Origin: Pseudomonadota bacterium
GTDB taxonomy: Bacteria; Bdellovibrionota; FAC87; UBA2466
DNA: 30,784 nucleotides
Reading direction: 5' to 3'
Assembly: GCA_043718025.1 (NCBI GenBank)
Contig: JAYSWN010000098.1
Location: 1-30,784 of the forward strand
The notes below the pieces were generated by a model. It searched no databases. It saw nothing but the letters and a program-made list of their open reading frames with translations, and was not told the origin of the DNA. Shown in pieces: positions 1-7,811 of this stretch. A program made the position numbers and the translations under genes. The first letter of the stretch is position 1. Every line of letters begins with the position of its first letter.

Positions 1-177
1 AGCAGGCGCGGCAACCTTTGGCCTGCTTGGTTTTGTCGACGTCCCTCTTCACTCATAGTGAAAGGGTTGCTTCAGCCGCACTGCGTGCGCAATGACGGCA
101 AAATAACACTTTTGAGACACTCTCTCAGGAAACAAGAAGAAATGGCTGGATTTGCATCAAAATGGGGCTTTATTTCC

Positions 178-204
178 TTGCGTGGGACGAACTGTCCCAC
201 GCGA
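178..204. promoter_or_regulatory. Inverted repeat upstream of the CBS gene (operator or hairpin)
   Basis: GCGTGGGAC (180-188), a 5-nt spacer, then GTCCCACGC (194-202): a perfect 9-bp inverted repeat. Function unknown. Confidence 0.35.
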
Positions 205-279
205 AATAAATTTCCGCGTTCAACGTACTTGAGAACAGCTTTTGCATTGCCTCTGCCAAACCATGAGAGAGGTGAAACT

Positions 280-735
280 TTGAAGATTGCTAAAAATGAG
301 ATGACGCGCCAGGTGGCTTTTGTTTCTGAAAATGACGACCTCGAAAAGGCCCACCAGTCGATGGCCTCGTTAGGCATTCATCACGTTCCGGTGGTGCGCG
401 AAGGCAAGGTGGTGGGAATGCTTTCTGACCGGGACATTCTTCTCCATTCACATCGAAAAAACGGTCGACTCATTGTCGAATCCAAAAAGGTTCACGAAGT
501 GATGGGCGAAAAGATTTACGTCTGCCACCCTAACAACACCATCGCCGCGGTTGCCGATACCATGCTCAGCTATGGCGTACATGCCTTGCCGGTGCTCGAT
601 GCAAACGGAGGGCTGGCGGGAATTATCACGTCAACCGATCTGCTGGCCATTTTGCGCGACGGCGAATTCACGAGAGACAGTGAAATACCGTTTCAATTTG
701 AAGCACCGATATCCCTGTTCGGACTCGCCAGCTAA
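280..735 (+). CDS. CBS-domain pair protein
   Basis: Two CBS repeats (MTRQVAFVSENDDLEKAHQSM...IHHVPVV...VVGMLSDRDIL; VMGEKIYVCHPNNTIAAVADTM...VHALPVLD...LAGIITSTDLL). The track ORF starts at 58, but an in-frame TTG at 280 follows an SD-like GAGAGGTG and directly precedes the first CBS repeat, so I place the start there. Confidence 0.85.
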   Translation: MKIAKNEMTRQVAFVSENDDLEKAHQSMASLGIHHVPVVREGKVVGMLSDRDILLHSHRKNGRLIVESKKVHEVMGEKIYVCHPNNTIAAVADTMLSYGVHALPVLDANGGLAGIITSTDLLAILRDGEFTRDSEIPFQFEAPISLFGLAS

Positions 736-759
736 ACCACGCGAAAAGGAGCCTTACCG

Positions 760-2079
760 ATGAGTGTTGAGGTAAAAAACGTATTGATCTTGGGTGCGGC
801 TGGCCGCGACTTTCACAACTTTAATGTGCACTACCGCAACAACCCCGGCTATCGTGTCGTCGGTTTTACCGCCGCCCAAATACCCGACATCGCCGGACGC
901 ACCTACCCTGCTTCACTCGCTGGTCATCAATACCCCAAAGGCATTCCCATTTTTTCCGAAGACACTTTGATTCCCTTGATCAAAGAGTACGGAGTGAGAG
1001 AAGTGGTTTTCGCCTACAGCGACGTTACCAACCAGCACGTGATGACTTTGGCCGCCCAAGCGATGGCAGCCGGTGCCGACTTCACCTTGCTGGGCCCAGA
1101 TTCCACGATGCTCAAATCAAAGAAACCGGTAATCTCGGTCTGCGCGGTGCGAACCGGCTGCGGAAAAAGCCAAACCACGCGCGCTATCGCCGACCAATTA
1201 ATGAAAAAGGGGAAGCGAGTTGCGGTGATTCGCCACCCCATGCCGTATGGGGACTTAGCTAAACAGAAATGCGAAAAGTTCACCACCCTCAACGACCTTA
1301 AGAAATACAACTGCACGATTGAAGAGCGAGAGGAGTACGAGCAACACATTGAGAAAGGCCATCTGCTCTTTGCCGGAGTTGACTACCAGGCCATTCTTCA
1401 CGAAGCAGAAAAAGAGGCCGATATCATTCTCTGGGATGGGGGCAATAACGATCTCCCTTTTTATCGCCCTACCCTCCACATCGTGCTGGTCGATCCGCAT
1501 CGACCCGGGCACGAACTCAACTACTATCCAAGCCTGGCTAATCTTCTCATGGCCGATGTAGTGGTGATGGCGAAAAGCCAAAACGCTACTGAGGAGGGCA
1601 GGCGCATTGTTTCTGAAAACGTAAAACGCTTAAATCACCGGGCCATCTTCATCGAAGCCTCATCGGTGGTTCACGTAGCCAATCCCGAAGCCATTACCGG
1701 CAAAAGAGTTCTCGTTATCGAAGATGGCCCCACGTTAACTCACGGTGGAATGCCCTACGGCGCGGGTACGGTGGCAGCTAACCAGTACAAAGCGGCCGAA
1801 ATTGTTGACCCTGCCCCGTTTTCCGTCGGTTCGATCCGCGAAACGCTTCGGCGCTTTCCCCACATTAGAAAGGTGTTGCCGGCAATGGGCTACCATCCGG
1901 CGCAAATTGCCGATCTAGCCAAGTCGATCGCGCTCGTGCCTTGCGATACGGTGGTGGTTGGCACGCCGGTCAACCTTAAAAAGCTGATGCCTGAAGTCGA
2001 CCACCCCTTCGAGCGGGTTCGCTACGACTTGGATAAAGACTCGGTCAGCAAATTGATGACGATAATCGACAGAATCTAG
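760..2079 (+). CDS. COG2403-family P-loop NTPase (annotated as cyclic 2,3-diphosphoglycerate synthase/'GTPase'; arginine synthetase ArcE-like)
   Basis: Family motifs GAAGRDFHNFN, P-loop AVRTGCGKSQT, RHPMPYG, EEREEYE, WDGGNNDLPF and EDGPTLTHGGM. SD-like AAGGAG upstream. Confidence 0.85.
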   Translation: MSVEVKNVLILGAAGRDFHNFNVHYRNNPGYRVVGFTAAQIPDIAGRTYPASLAGHQYPKGIPIFSEDTLIPLIKEYGVREVVFAYSDVTNQHVMTLAAQAMAAGADFTLLGPDSTMLKSKKPVISVCAVRTGCGKSQTTRAIADQLMKKGKRVAVIRHPMPYGDLAKQKCEKFTTLNDLKKYNCTIEEREEYEQHIEKGHLLFAGVDYQAILHEAEKEADIILWDGGNNDLPFYRPTLHIVLVDPHRPGHELNYYPSLANLLMADVVVMAKSQNATEEGRRIVSENVKRLNHRAIFIEASSVVHVANPEAITGKRVLVIEDGPTLTHGGMPYGAGTVAANQYKAAEIVDPAPFSVGSIRETLRRFPHIRKVLPAMGYHPAQIADLAKSIALVPCDTVVVGTPVNLKKLMPEVDHPFERVRYDLDKDSVSKLMTIIDRI

Positions 2080-2091
2080 TATAGCTCCCCC

Positions 2092-2556
2092 ATGCGCATT
2101 TTGGGCTTGCTCCTTTTATGTTTTGCCTTCGTCAGAGCTTCCGCCCAAGGCGCGACTGCGGTGGCACCGGGCTGTAATCTGGCAGTAGCGGGAAGCGTCC
2201 TTAGTTACTACCGAAAGCTCGACGCCGGTGACATTGAAGGGGCAATCGCTTGGTTTGCGCCGCAGGCTATGTACTTACGGGGGGCCAGGCCATTCGAAGG
2301 AAGGGACGCCATTTTCCACTTTTATTCGACAGTAAGGAATCTCAAAGGACGCCATGAGATCACAGAATTGATGACCGTGGGGAATGAAATCAAGATTGAG
2401 GGCATATTTAAAGGGACCTTTGGTGAAGGGACCTCTGGCGAGCAACCGGTTCGGCTTTTATTCAAAGATCTCTGGCATTTCGATGACACTTTTGAATTCG
2501 TGACCTTTCGGCAATCCCAAATTTTTGATAACGAAGGAAAGCCCGCGGTCTTTTAG
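2092..2556 (+). CDS. SnoaL-like/NTF2-fold protein with N-terminal signal peptide
   Basis: Hydrophobic leader MRILGLLLLCFAFVRASA. The SnoaL_2-type pattern follows: YYRKLDAGDIEGAIAWFAPQAMY...FEGRDAIFHFY...H.I......G..I.IEG.F.G...F.DLWHF. Confidence 0.75.
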   Translation: MRILGLLLLCFAFVRASAQGATAVAPGCNLAVAGSVLSYYRKLDAGDIEGAIAWFAPQAMYLRGARPFEGRDAIFHFYSTVRNLKGRHEITELMTVGNEIKIEGIFKGTFGEGTSGEQPVRLLFKDLWHFDDTFEFVTFRQSQIFDNEGKPAVF

Positions 2557-2607
2557 CCGTAGGCAAAGCGCTTTTCGAACGGGCGAAAAAGCCCCATAGT
2601 GGCGCCC

Positions 2608-4212
2608 ATGTTTCTCCCCTATTTCTTCCTCTTTTTACTTTCCACCACGCTTTCCGCAGATCCGTTACTTCTCAAGCACTCTTCGCGACCGTTGCAGGCT
2701 GAGGCCACTATGGAGGCGCTGGAGAGCTGGGAAACCCCGATCGCCGGCTTTTTCATTCGCAGCCATCACGGTGTGCCGCTGGTCGATTTGGAAAACTGGG
2801 AGGTCCGCATCGACGGGCTGGTCGACAAACCCGTGACGCTGACACTCAAAGATCTTAAAAAGCTTCCGCAACACACCCTGCACGCGGTGCTCGAGTGTTC
2901 GGGTAACTGGCGTGGGCAACAGAAGCCACAAGTGCCTGGCGTTCAATGGGGAAAAGGCGCGGTGGGAAATGCCGAGTGGTCGGGAGTCCGCGTAAGCGAT
3001 ATTCTAAAGAGAGCCGGCGTTAAACCAACGGCAAAATTTGCCCGCGTCGAGGGGGCCGATAAACCGGCGCTGCCGACAACCCCAGGTTTTATCCGCAGCA
3101 TCCCCCTCGCCAAGATGATAGCTAACGAAACTCTATTGGCCGTGAAGATGAATCGCCAACCCATGCCGGCGCTGCACGGCGGACCGCTACGTTTAATTTT
3201 ACCCAACTGGTACGGACATAACTGGATCAAATGGGTAACCCACATCACCTTAACCGATAGCGAAGATAAAGGTTTTTACATGGCAAAGGGTTACCGAATG
3301 CCCAAACAGCTGGTGAAGCCAGGCGAAAAATGGGATTCGGCCACCGGAGTTGCGGTGGAAGAGATTCGCGTTCAATCGATAATCGTAAACCCCACCGAAG
3401 GCCAAACCCTGGGCGTGGGCAACTTCGTGGTAAAGGGCAAAGCTTTTTCCGGCACCGGAACGATCAGCGGAGTAGAAGTCTCTTCCGACGGAGGAGGAAA
3501 CTGGAATAAAGCGGCGGTTGATTCCCCTCGTTCCAGCGGGGGCTGGCAGGAGTTTGAGATTTCTGTGGTCGCCGAAGGCACCGGAAAAATGATTCTGCTC
3601 TCCCGCGCCACCGACAGCTCGGGCAACGTGCAGCCGCGAGAGGCAGAGTGGAATCCACCCGGTTACTTGCGAAATGCGGTCGATAGAGTTGAAGTAGAAG
3701 TGGTTAAGGGGCCGGTAAGTGCGGAAGAGCCGTTGCTCCGCACGCGGTGCCTTAGCTGTCACACCCGCGAATTGATTTCAAGCCAACGACTTTCAAAGGA
3801 GGCCTGGGGCAAAACGGTGACCAAAATGGAAGGCTTCGGCGCAAAATTTGAGGCAGGCGAAAAAGAGCGGCTCATTGACTACCTTGCCCGCTGGTCCACG
3901 GAAGCAGAAAAAGAGGGGCCAACCCCCACCGCGTATTGGCTTGAAGACTCGCCGCTCAACTCTCGGCAGTATGCTAAGGGGAATGCTTCGCGGGGCGGCG
4001 GCCTGTTCAAAAGAAACTGCGCGATCTGCCACGGTAACTTAGGGCAAGGCCACACCGCCCCGGCACTCACCGGCCGGGAGATTCCGGGCCCCTATTTTTG
4101 GGCCGTGGTGAGTGAGGGGAAAGGCGACATGCCAGGCTTCGGCGAAACTTTGACCCGCCAGCAGGTAGCCGACCTAAGTGCCTTTATAAAAGTAAAGCAA
4201 CCGGCTCATTAG
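2608..4212 (+). CDS. Sulfite oxidase-family molybdopterin oxidoreductase (SorA/SoxC-like) fused to two cytochrome c domains
   Basis: Mo domain motifs FFIRSHH, Mo-ligand Cys in VLECSGN, GAVGNAEWSGV, F.RSIP, HGGPLRLILP, W.G..WIKW; dimerisation domain G.AFSG...VEVS.DGG..W...SRATD..GNVQP...WN..GY. Two CxxCH motifs: CLSCH (3748-3762) and CAICH (4018-4032). The start is ATG 2608 or GTG 2599. Confidence 0.88.
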   Translation: MFLPYFFLFLLSTTLSADPLLLKHSSRPLQAEATMEALESWETPIAGFFIRSHHGVPLVDLENWEVRIDGLVDKPVTLTLKDLKKLPQHTLHAVLECSGNWRGQQKPQVPGVQWGKGAVGNAEWSGVRVSDILKRAGVKPTAKFARVEGADKPALPTTPGFIRSIPLAKMIANETLLAVKMNRQPMPALHGGPLRLILPNWYGHNWIKWVTHITLTDSEDKGFYMAKGYRMPKQLVKPGEKWDSATGVAVEEIRVQSIIVNPTEGQTLGVGNFVVKGKAFSGTGTISGVEVSSDGGGNWNKAAVDSPRSSGGWQEFEISVVAEGTGKMILLSRATDSSGNVQPREAEWNPPGYLRNAVDRVEVEVVKGPVSAEEPLLRTRCLSCHTRELISSQRLSKEAWGKTVTKMEGFGAKFEAGEKERLIDYLARWSTEAEKEGPTPTAYWLEDSPLNSRQYAKGNASRGGGLFKRNCAICHGNLGQGHTAPALTGREIPGPYFWAVVSEGKGDMPGFGETLTRQQVADLSAFIKVKQPAH

Positions 4213-4332
4213 CCGTAACGAAAAAGACAGCTGTCAAACCGCTATTCAGCCCGGAAAATGGCATTTAATTAGTAAAAATATCCTGCCCGTATTCAGTTAG
4301 ACCACACCTAATCTGTGTAGGGGGAATAAAGG

Positions 4333-7300
4333 ATGGCTCATCGTCCATCATCGGCCGGCTTTCGCTTAGTGAGTGCGCTATGCATTTTTTTGCAGCTGCA
4401 CGCGCCTATTCTTTTTGCGGCGGACCCCACAAAACCCGCCGCAAACGCGCCCGCCGCCATAGAGCCTTTGGGACCCTCCGATGAAACCATCGCCCGAATT
4501 TTTGTTCAACAGCTTGGCGCCGATAACACTAAAAAGGTAATGTTTCTTTCTGCCCTTGAACTCACGCGCGACACCCAAGTGGGAAAGCCCGATGATTACG
4601 CACTCGAACCTGAAGTTAAAAAGCTTATTGAAGCGTGGCTGGATAAATTCCCCACTAAAACGCGAAAAGTTCCCGCTGAGCTATTGGCGCTCGACCCCAA
4701 TCTACAGGCTAAGGTTGACGAAGGGCATCGCCTAATGAGGTTGCATTATCACGAGCAGATTACCGGAGTTGATAAATACCTATCTGACCTGCCTGATCCG
4801 CTTGCCGACGCGGAACGCCGTTTGCTGATGCTCATGAAACAGGCGCGCCTTTACCGCGAAGCCAAAATTTCGGAGCTCGAAGCCAAACGAATGGCCGCCG
4901 AAGCCACTCGCCGCCGCACCGGCATACCGCCAGAAGTGTCTCGCCAGTTAATGGAATCAAAGGCACTTCTCACTGACCTGGAATATTCGATACACCGACA
5001 CAATATTAAGATGCACGGCGCCCTCACCGAATATTTCAGAGACGAGACACGTTTTAAAACGGACAGCAAATTCCCTCCCCAGATGCTCAAAATATGGGCC
5101 GAAGACACCAAAAAGAATTTGAAAGCTGCCCAAGAGAAATCCCAACCGTATCTCATGGCGGCGATAAATGTTCGCAATTTAAATAACGATTTTACGGTAA
5201 TGGGAGGTCTTAGACTTGCGGACAAAATTGCCACACCCGCCGGCGCGCAATTGGTGATGGCGCGCATTCGTCTGGAGAGTGATGACAATAAAAAACTGGC
5301 CGAGACCATGGCCAAAGTAGAGGCCACCGATTCGCTCGCTTCGCAAATTGGTACAAAGCCTTACAGCCCAGATAAATTATTGACCGAGATTCAACTCCAG
5401 CGCGAATCGCACGCGGTAAAAAGGGAGGCTTACGCTGATTTCTACGCCTATAATTTTGTGCGCGGAGAAATTGTGGTTCCTCCGGCAAATGACTCCTCTT
5501 CCGATATAAAAATCATCCGCCGGCCATGGCTAACGGCTTTGGCCTGGTACCGAAAAAGCATTGAGCAAAAAGAGGCAGCCGAAGGCAAGTCCCAGAAGGC
5601 CACCGATCCACCAAAACTGGGAAACTGGATTTACCAACGGCTAGCTTTTGGTTTACCCACGCCCAAAATCACGATCCAATCCACACCAAAAAACCCGACG
5701 CAAAGGCGTTCGTCGGCCGCTGTTTTAAAATGGGCCGTTGCCCTAGGCCTGGGGCTGGGCCTTGCCGCGGTGGGAGGAAACTACGTGTCCCCCCATCTGC
5801 CCACCCTAGTCACTTTACCGCTACCCAGCCTTACCCAAGTGGATTCGGGAGCGAGTTCCCTTACTTTTAGTGAAGCACCGCACATTGGCCAAAACTTTGA
5901 CCTCGGCTCTAGTTCATTCGACGATACCCCTTCGAAAAATCGGCCCCGCTACCTTCTAAAAACCGGGAGCGATAACCGACTCGAACAGCTTCCGACTGAG
6001 TTCGAATTTTCCTATTTGAATGAACGCCATAAGCCTTTAACTGATTTCTCTTTTACTCCCTCGCCAAGCCAAAAGTCAGATTTCCAACTCAAAACCGAGA
6101 AAGAGCTGCAAGCTAATCAAGGTTGGTTCCCCATCGCCACGGCGCCAGGCTATGAAACTCGCGCTGAAATCAAAGTGGGAAGCCGGGTTTTACGAGAAGG
6201 GGTGGACTATAAAGTTTACCGCACCGTTTCGGGTGGGTTACTAGCCAAGATTTTAAGCGCCGACGCCAGGGCCAACCTTGAAGTGGAAGCCTCTTTTTTC
6301 AGAAAAACCACTCCACCGAATGCCATTCCCGAAAAGGATCTTTATTTGTCGGCGACAGAACTGGCGCGTCTGACTAAAGAAGCCGAGTTCATGGAAAAAG
6401 AAGGCTTAACGGTTTGGGCAAAATCGCTGCGCGAAAGAACCCAAAAAGCTCAGGCCGGGGAGATGCCCCTAAAGATTACCGACCTGGCAGAAATTCTTAG
6501 AAAAGGTACCTACTACCCAGAGTTTGGCAGCGGCAAAATAGTTGCGGCGCACTCCGACAATCCGTGGAGTATGCTTCGCGATCTTCCGCGCGAAGAGGGC
6601 AAGCTTGTCGGACAGTGTTCGGTTTCCGAAAGCGCGCTACACCTATTGATCGAGCGAATTGCCCCGCGCTTTGGCAGCGCCCTCTTTACCATGGGAGTTG
6701 AAACTCGCGACGCCGACAGCATTAAGGTTGGAAAAGACTTTGGCCACCGCTACCTGGTTTTCAAACTAGGCAGCTACGACGGCATCGCTCTGGACGCCAC
6801 GTCCGGCGAGGTTCATCCGAAGTACGCCGCGCCTGCAGTTCGATCTATGGCAAATGGCGGCGATTTCTTAACGTTGCACACGTTGGGCTACAGTGCCGCC
6901 GGAATTCTAGGGCTTGCCGCATTGGGAGGAGGCGCCTGGTATCTTCGTCGCGGCCGTGCGCTACGTCTCACCCCGGCGGAAGAGCTTGAAGCCAAGGCCG
7001 ATCGTGAAAACTTCAAAGCCCAGCTCGACGGCGCAGTGCTGTCGCCAGCATTAGAAACTGAGAAGCAGGCCGGCCCCACCGCCGATGAAATTGAGCTCGC
7101 CGCCCTGAAAAGGCGAAATGCCAAGCGGCACGCAATGGCCGCGAGTCTCGAACGCCTGACCGATCGTCTGATAATTTACGGCGACACGCTGGGGGCAGAT
7201 CCAGGTCGAAAAGATCGCAGCCTACCGTTTCCCAGGGTAGCGCATGCGGCCCGTTTACTGCGTGAATTTTCACTGGGACAATCAGAATATAGAACTGAGG

Positions 7301-7686
7301 CAAAATTGGTTGAGGCACTGGCCGATGTCTTTGGTCTTTCACATGAGGAACGTTTGGCCTGCGAAGGTAAGGTCAGCAAGTCTGTTCAATTAGGAATGGA
7401 GACTGTCAAAAAAACGAGAGCTGCCTACTTGGTGCTTCATCCCGAAGAAAAAGACTCACCTAACCTCTCCGAGCCCCTTTTCAGAGAACTCTCCGGAGTT
7501 TTAGAGTTCATGTCCAGAGAACGTTGGACCGCGTACGAACGAGAGCCAAACCAGTCGCCCGTCGGCTGTAAGACTTCTTTGAGTAGCCTGGCGCTTCCCA
7601 AGTCTAGCGGCTCAGCGAAGATCAATGTCGCGTCGGAACCGCCATGGCACAAAGCCCGAACAATGATTGGTCTTCAAAGTATCTAG
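4333..7686 (+). CDS. Large membrane protein with a transglutaminase-like (Cys-His-Asp) domain
   Basis: 1117-aa ORF with an N-terminal signal-like segment and two hydrophobic helices (~5731-5778 and ~6883-6945). Between them lie GQC (Cys 6616-6618), GHRYLVF (His 6745-6747) and ALDAT (Asp 6793-6795), matching the GxC...HAW...DPT layout of bacterial transglutaminase-like cores. Confidence 0.6.
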   Translation: MAHRPSSAGFRLVSALCIFLQLHAPILFAADPTKPAANAPAAIEPLGPSDETIARIFVQQLGADNTKKVMFLSALELTRDTQVGKPDDYALEPEVKKLIEAWLDKFPTKTRKVPAELLALDPNLQAKVDEGHRLMRLHYHEQITGVDKYLSDLPDPLADAERRLLMLMKQARLYREAKISELEAKRMAAEATRRRTGIPPEVSRQLMESKALLTDLEYSIHRHNIKMHGALTEYFRDETRFKTDSKFPPQMLKIWAEDTKKNLKAAQEKSQPYLMAAINVRNLNNDFTVMGGLRLADKIATPAGAQLVMARIRLESDDNKKLAETMAKVEATDSLASQIGTKPYSPDKLLTEIQLQRESHAVKREAYADFYAYNFVRGEIVVPPANDSSSDIKIIRRPWLTALAWYRKSIEQKEAAEGKSQKATDPPKLGNWIYQRLAFGLPTPKITIQSTPKNPTQRRSSAAVLKWAVALGLGLGLAAVGGNYVSPHLPTLVTLPLPSLTQVDSGASSLTFSEAPHIGQNFDLGSSSFDDTPSKNRPRYLLKTGSDNRLEQLPTEFEFSYLNERHKPLTDFSFTPSPSQKSDFQLKTEKELQANQGWFPIATAPGYETRAEIKVGSRVLREGVDYKVYRTVSGGLLAKILSADARANLEVEASFFRKTTPPNAIPEKDLYLSATELARLTKEAEFMEKEGLTVWAKSLRERTQKAQAGEMPLKITDLAEILRKGTYYPEFGSGKIVAAHSDNPWSMLRDLPREEGKLVGQCSVSESALHLLIERIAPRFGSALFTMGVETRDADSIKVGKDFGHRYLVFKLGSYDGIALDATSGEVHPKYAAPAVRSMANGGDFLTLHTLGYSAAGILGLAALGGGAWYLRRGRALRLTPAEELEAKADRENFKAQLDGAVLSPALETEKQAGPTADEIELAALKRRNAKRHAMAASLERLTDRLIIYGDTLGADPGRKDRSLPFPRVAHAARLLREFSLGQSEYRTEAKLVEALADVFGLSHEERLACEGKVSKSVQLGMETVKKTRAAYLVLHPEEKDSPNLSEPLFRELSGVLEFMSRERWTAYEREPNQSPVGCKTSLSSLALPKSSGSAKINVASEPPWHKARTMIGLQSI

Positions 7687-7811
7687 CCACATCCCGCAAT
7701 TCGCCAAACCTTCTAAATGTGCTTTCATCACGCGATTTGACGCGCCGCTCTCTGCCCATAACTCCATCGGGATTGAGTTTTCTTTTCACCCTTGGTCGTT
7801 ACAATATCAAA

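Noticed and set aside
1..56. Possible start of a divergent minus-strand gene (ATG at 56; MSEEGRRQNQAGQRLPRL…)
   Set aside because: Only 18 codons are visible, which is too little to support a call.
58..279. N-terminal extensions of track ORFs (58-279; also 7644-7811 and 24433-24525)
   Set aside because: Downstream in-frame starts fit better: an SD directly before the CBS domain at 280, and clean signal peptides at 7812 and 24526. The extensions overlap neighbouring genes or regulatory-looking DNA.
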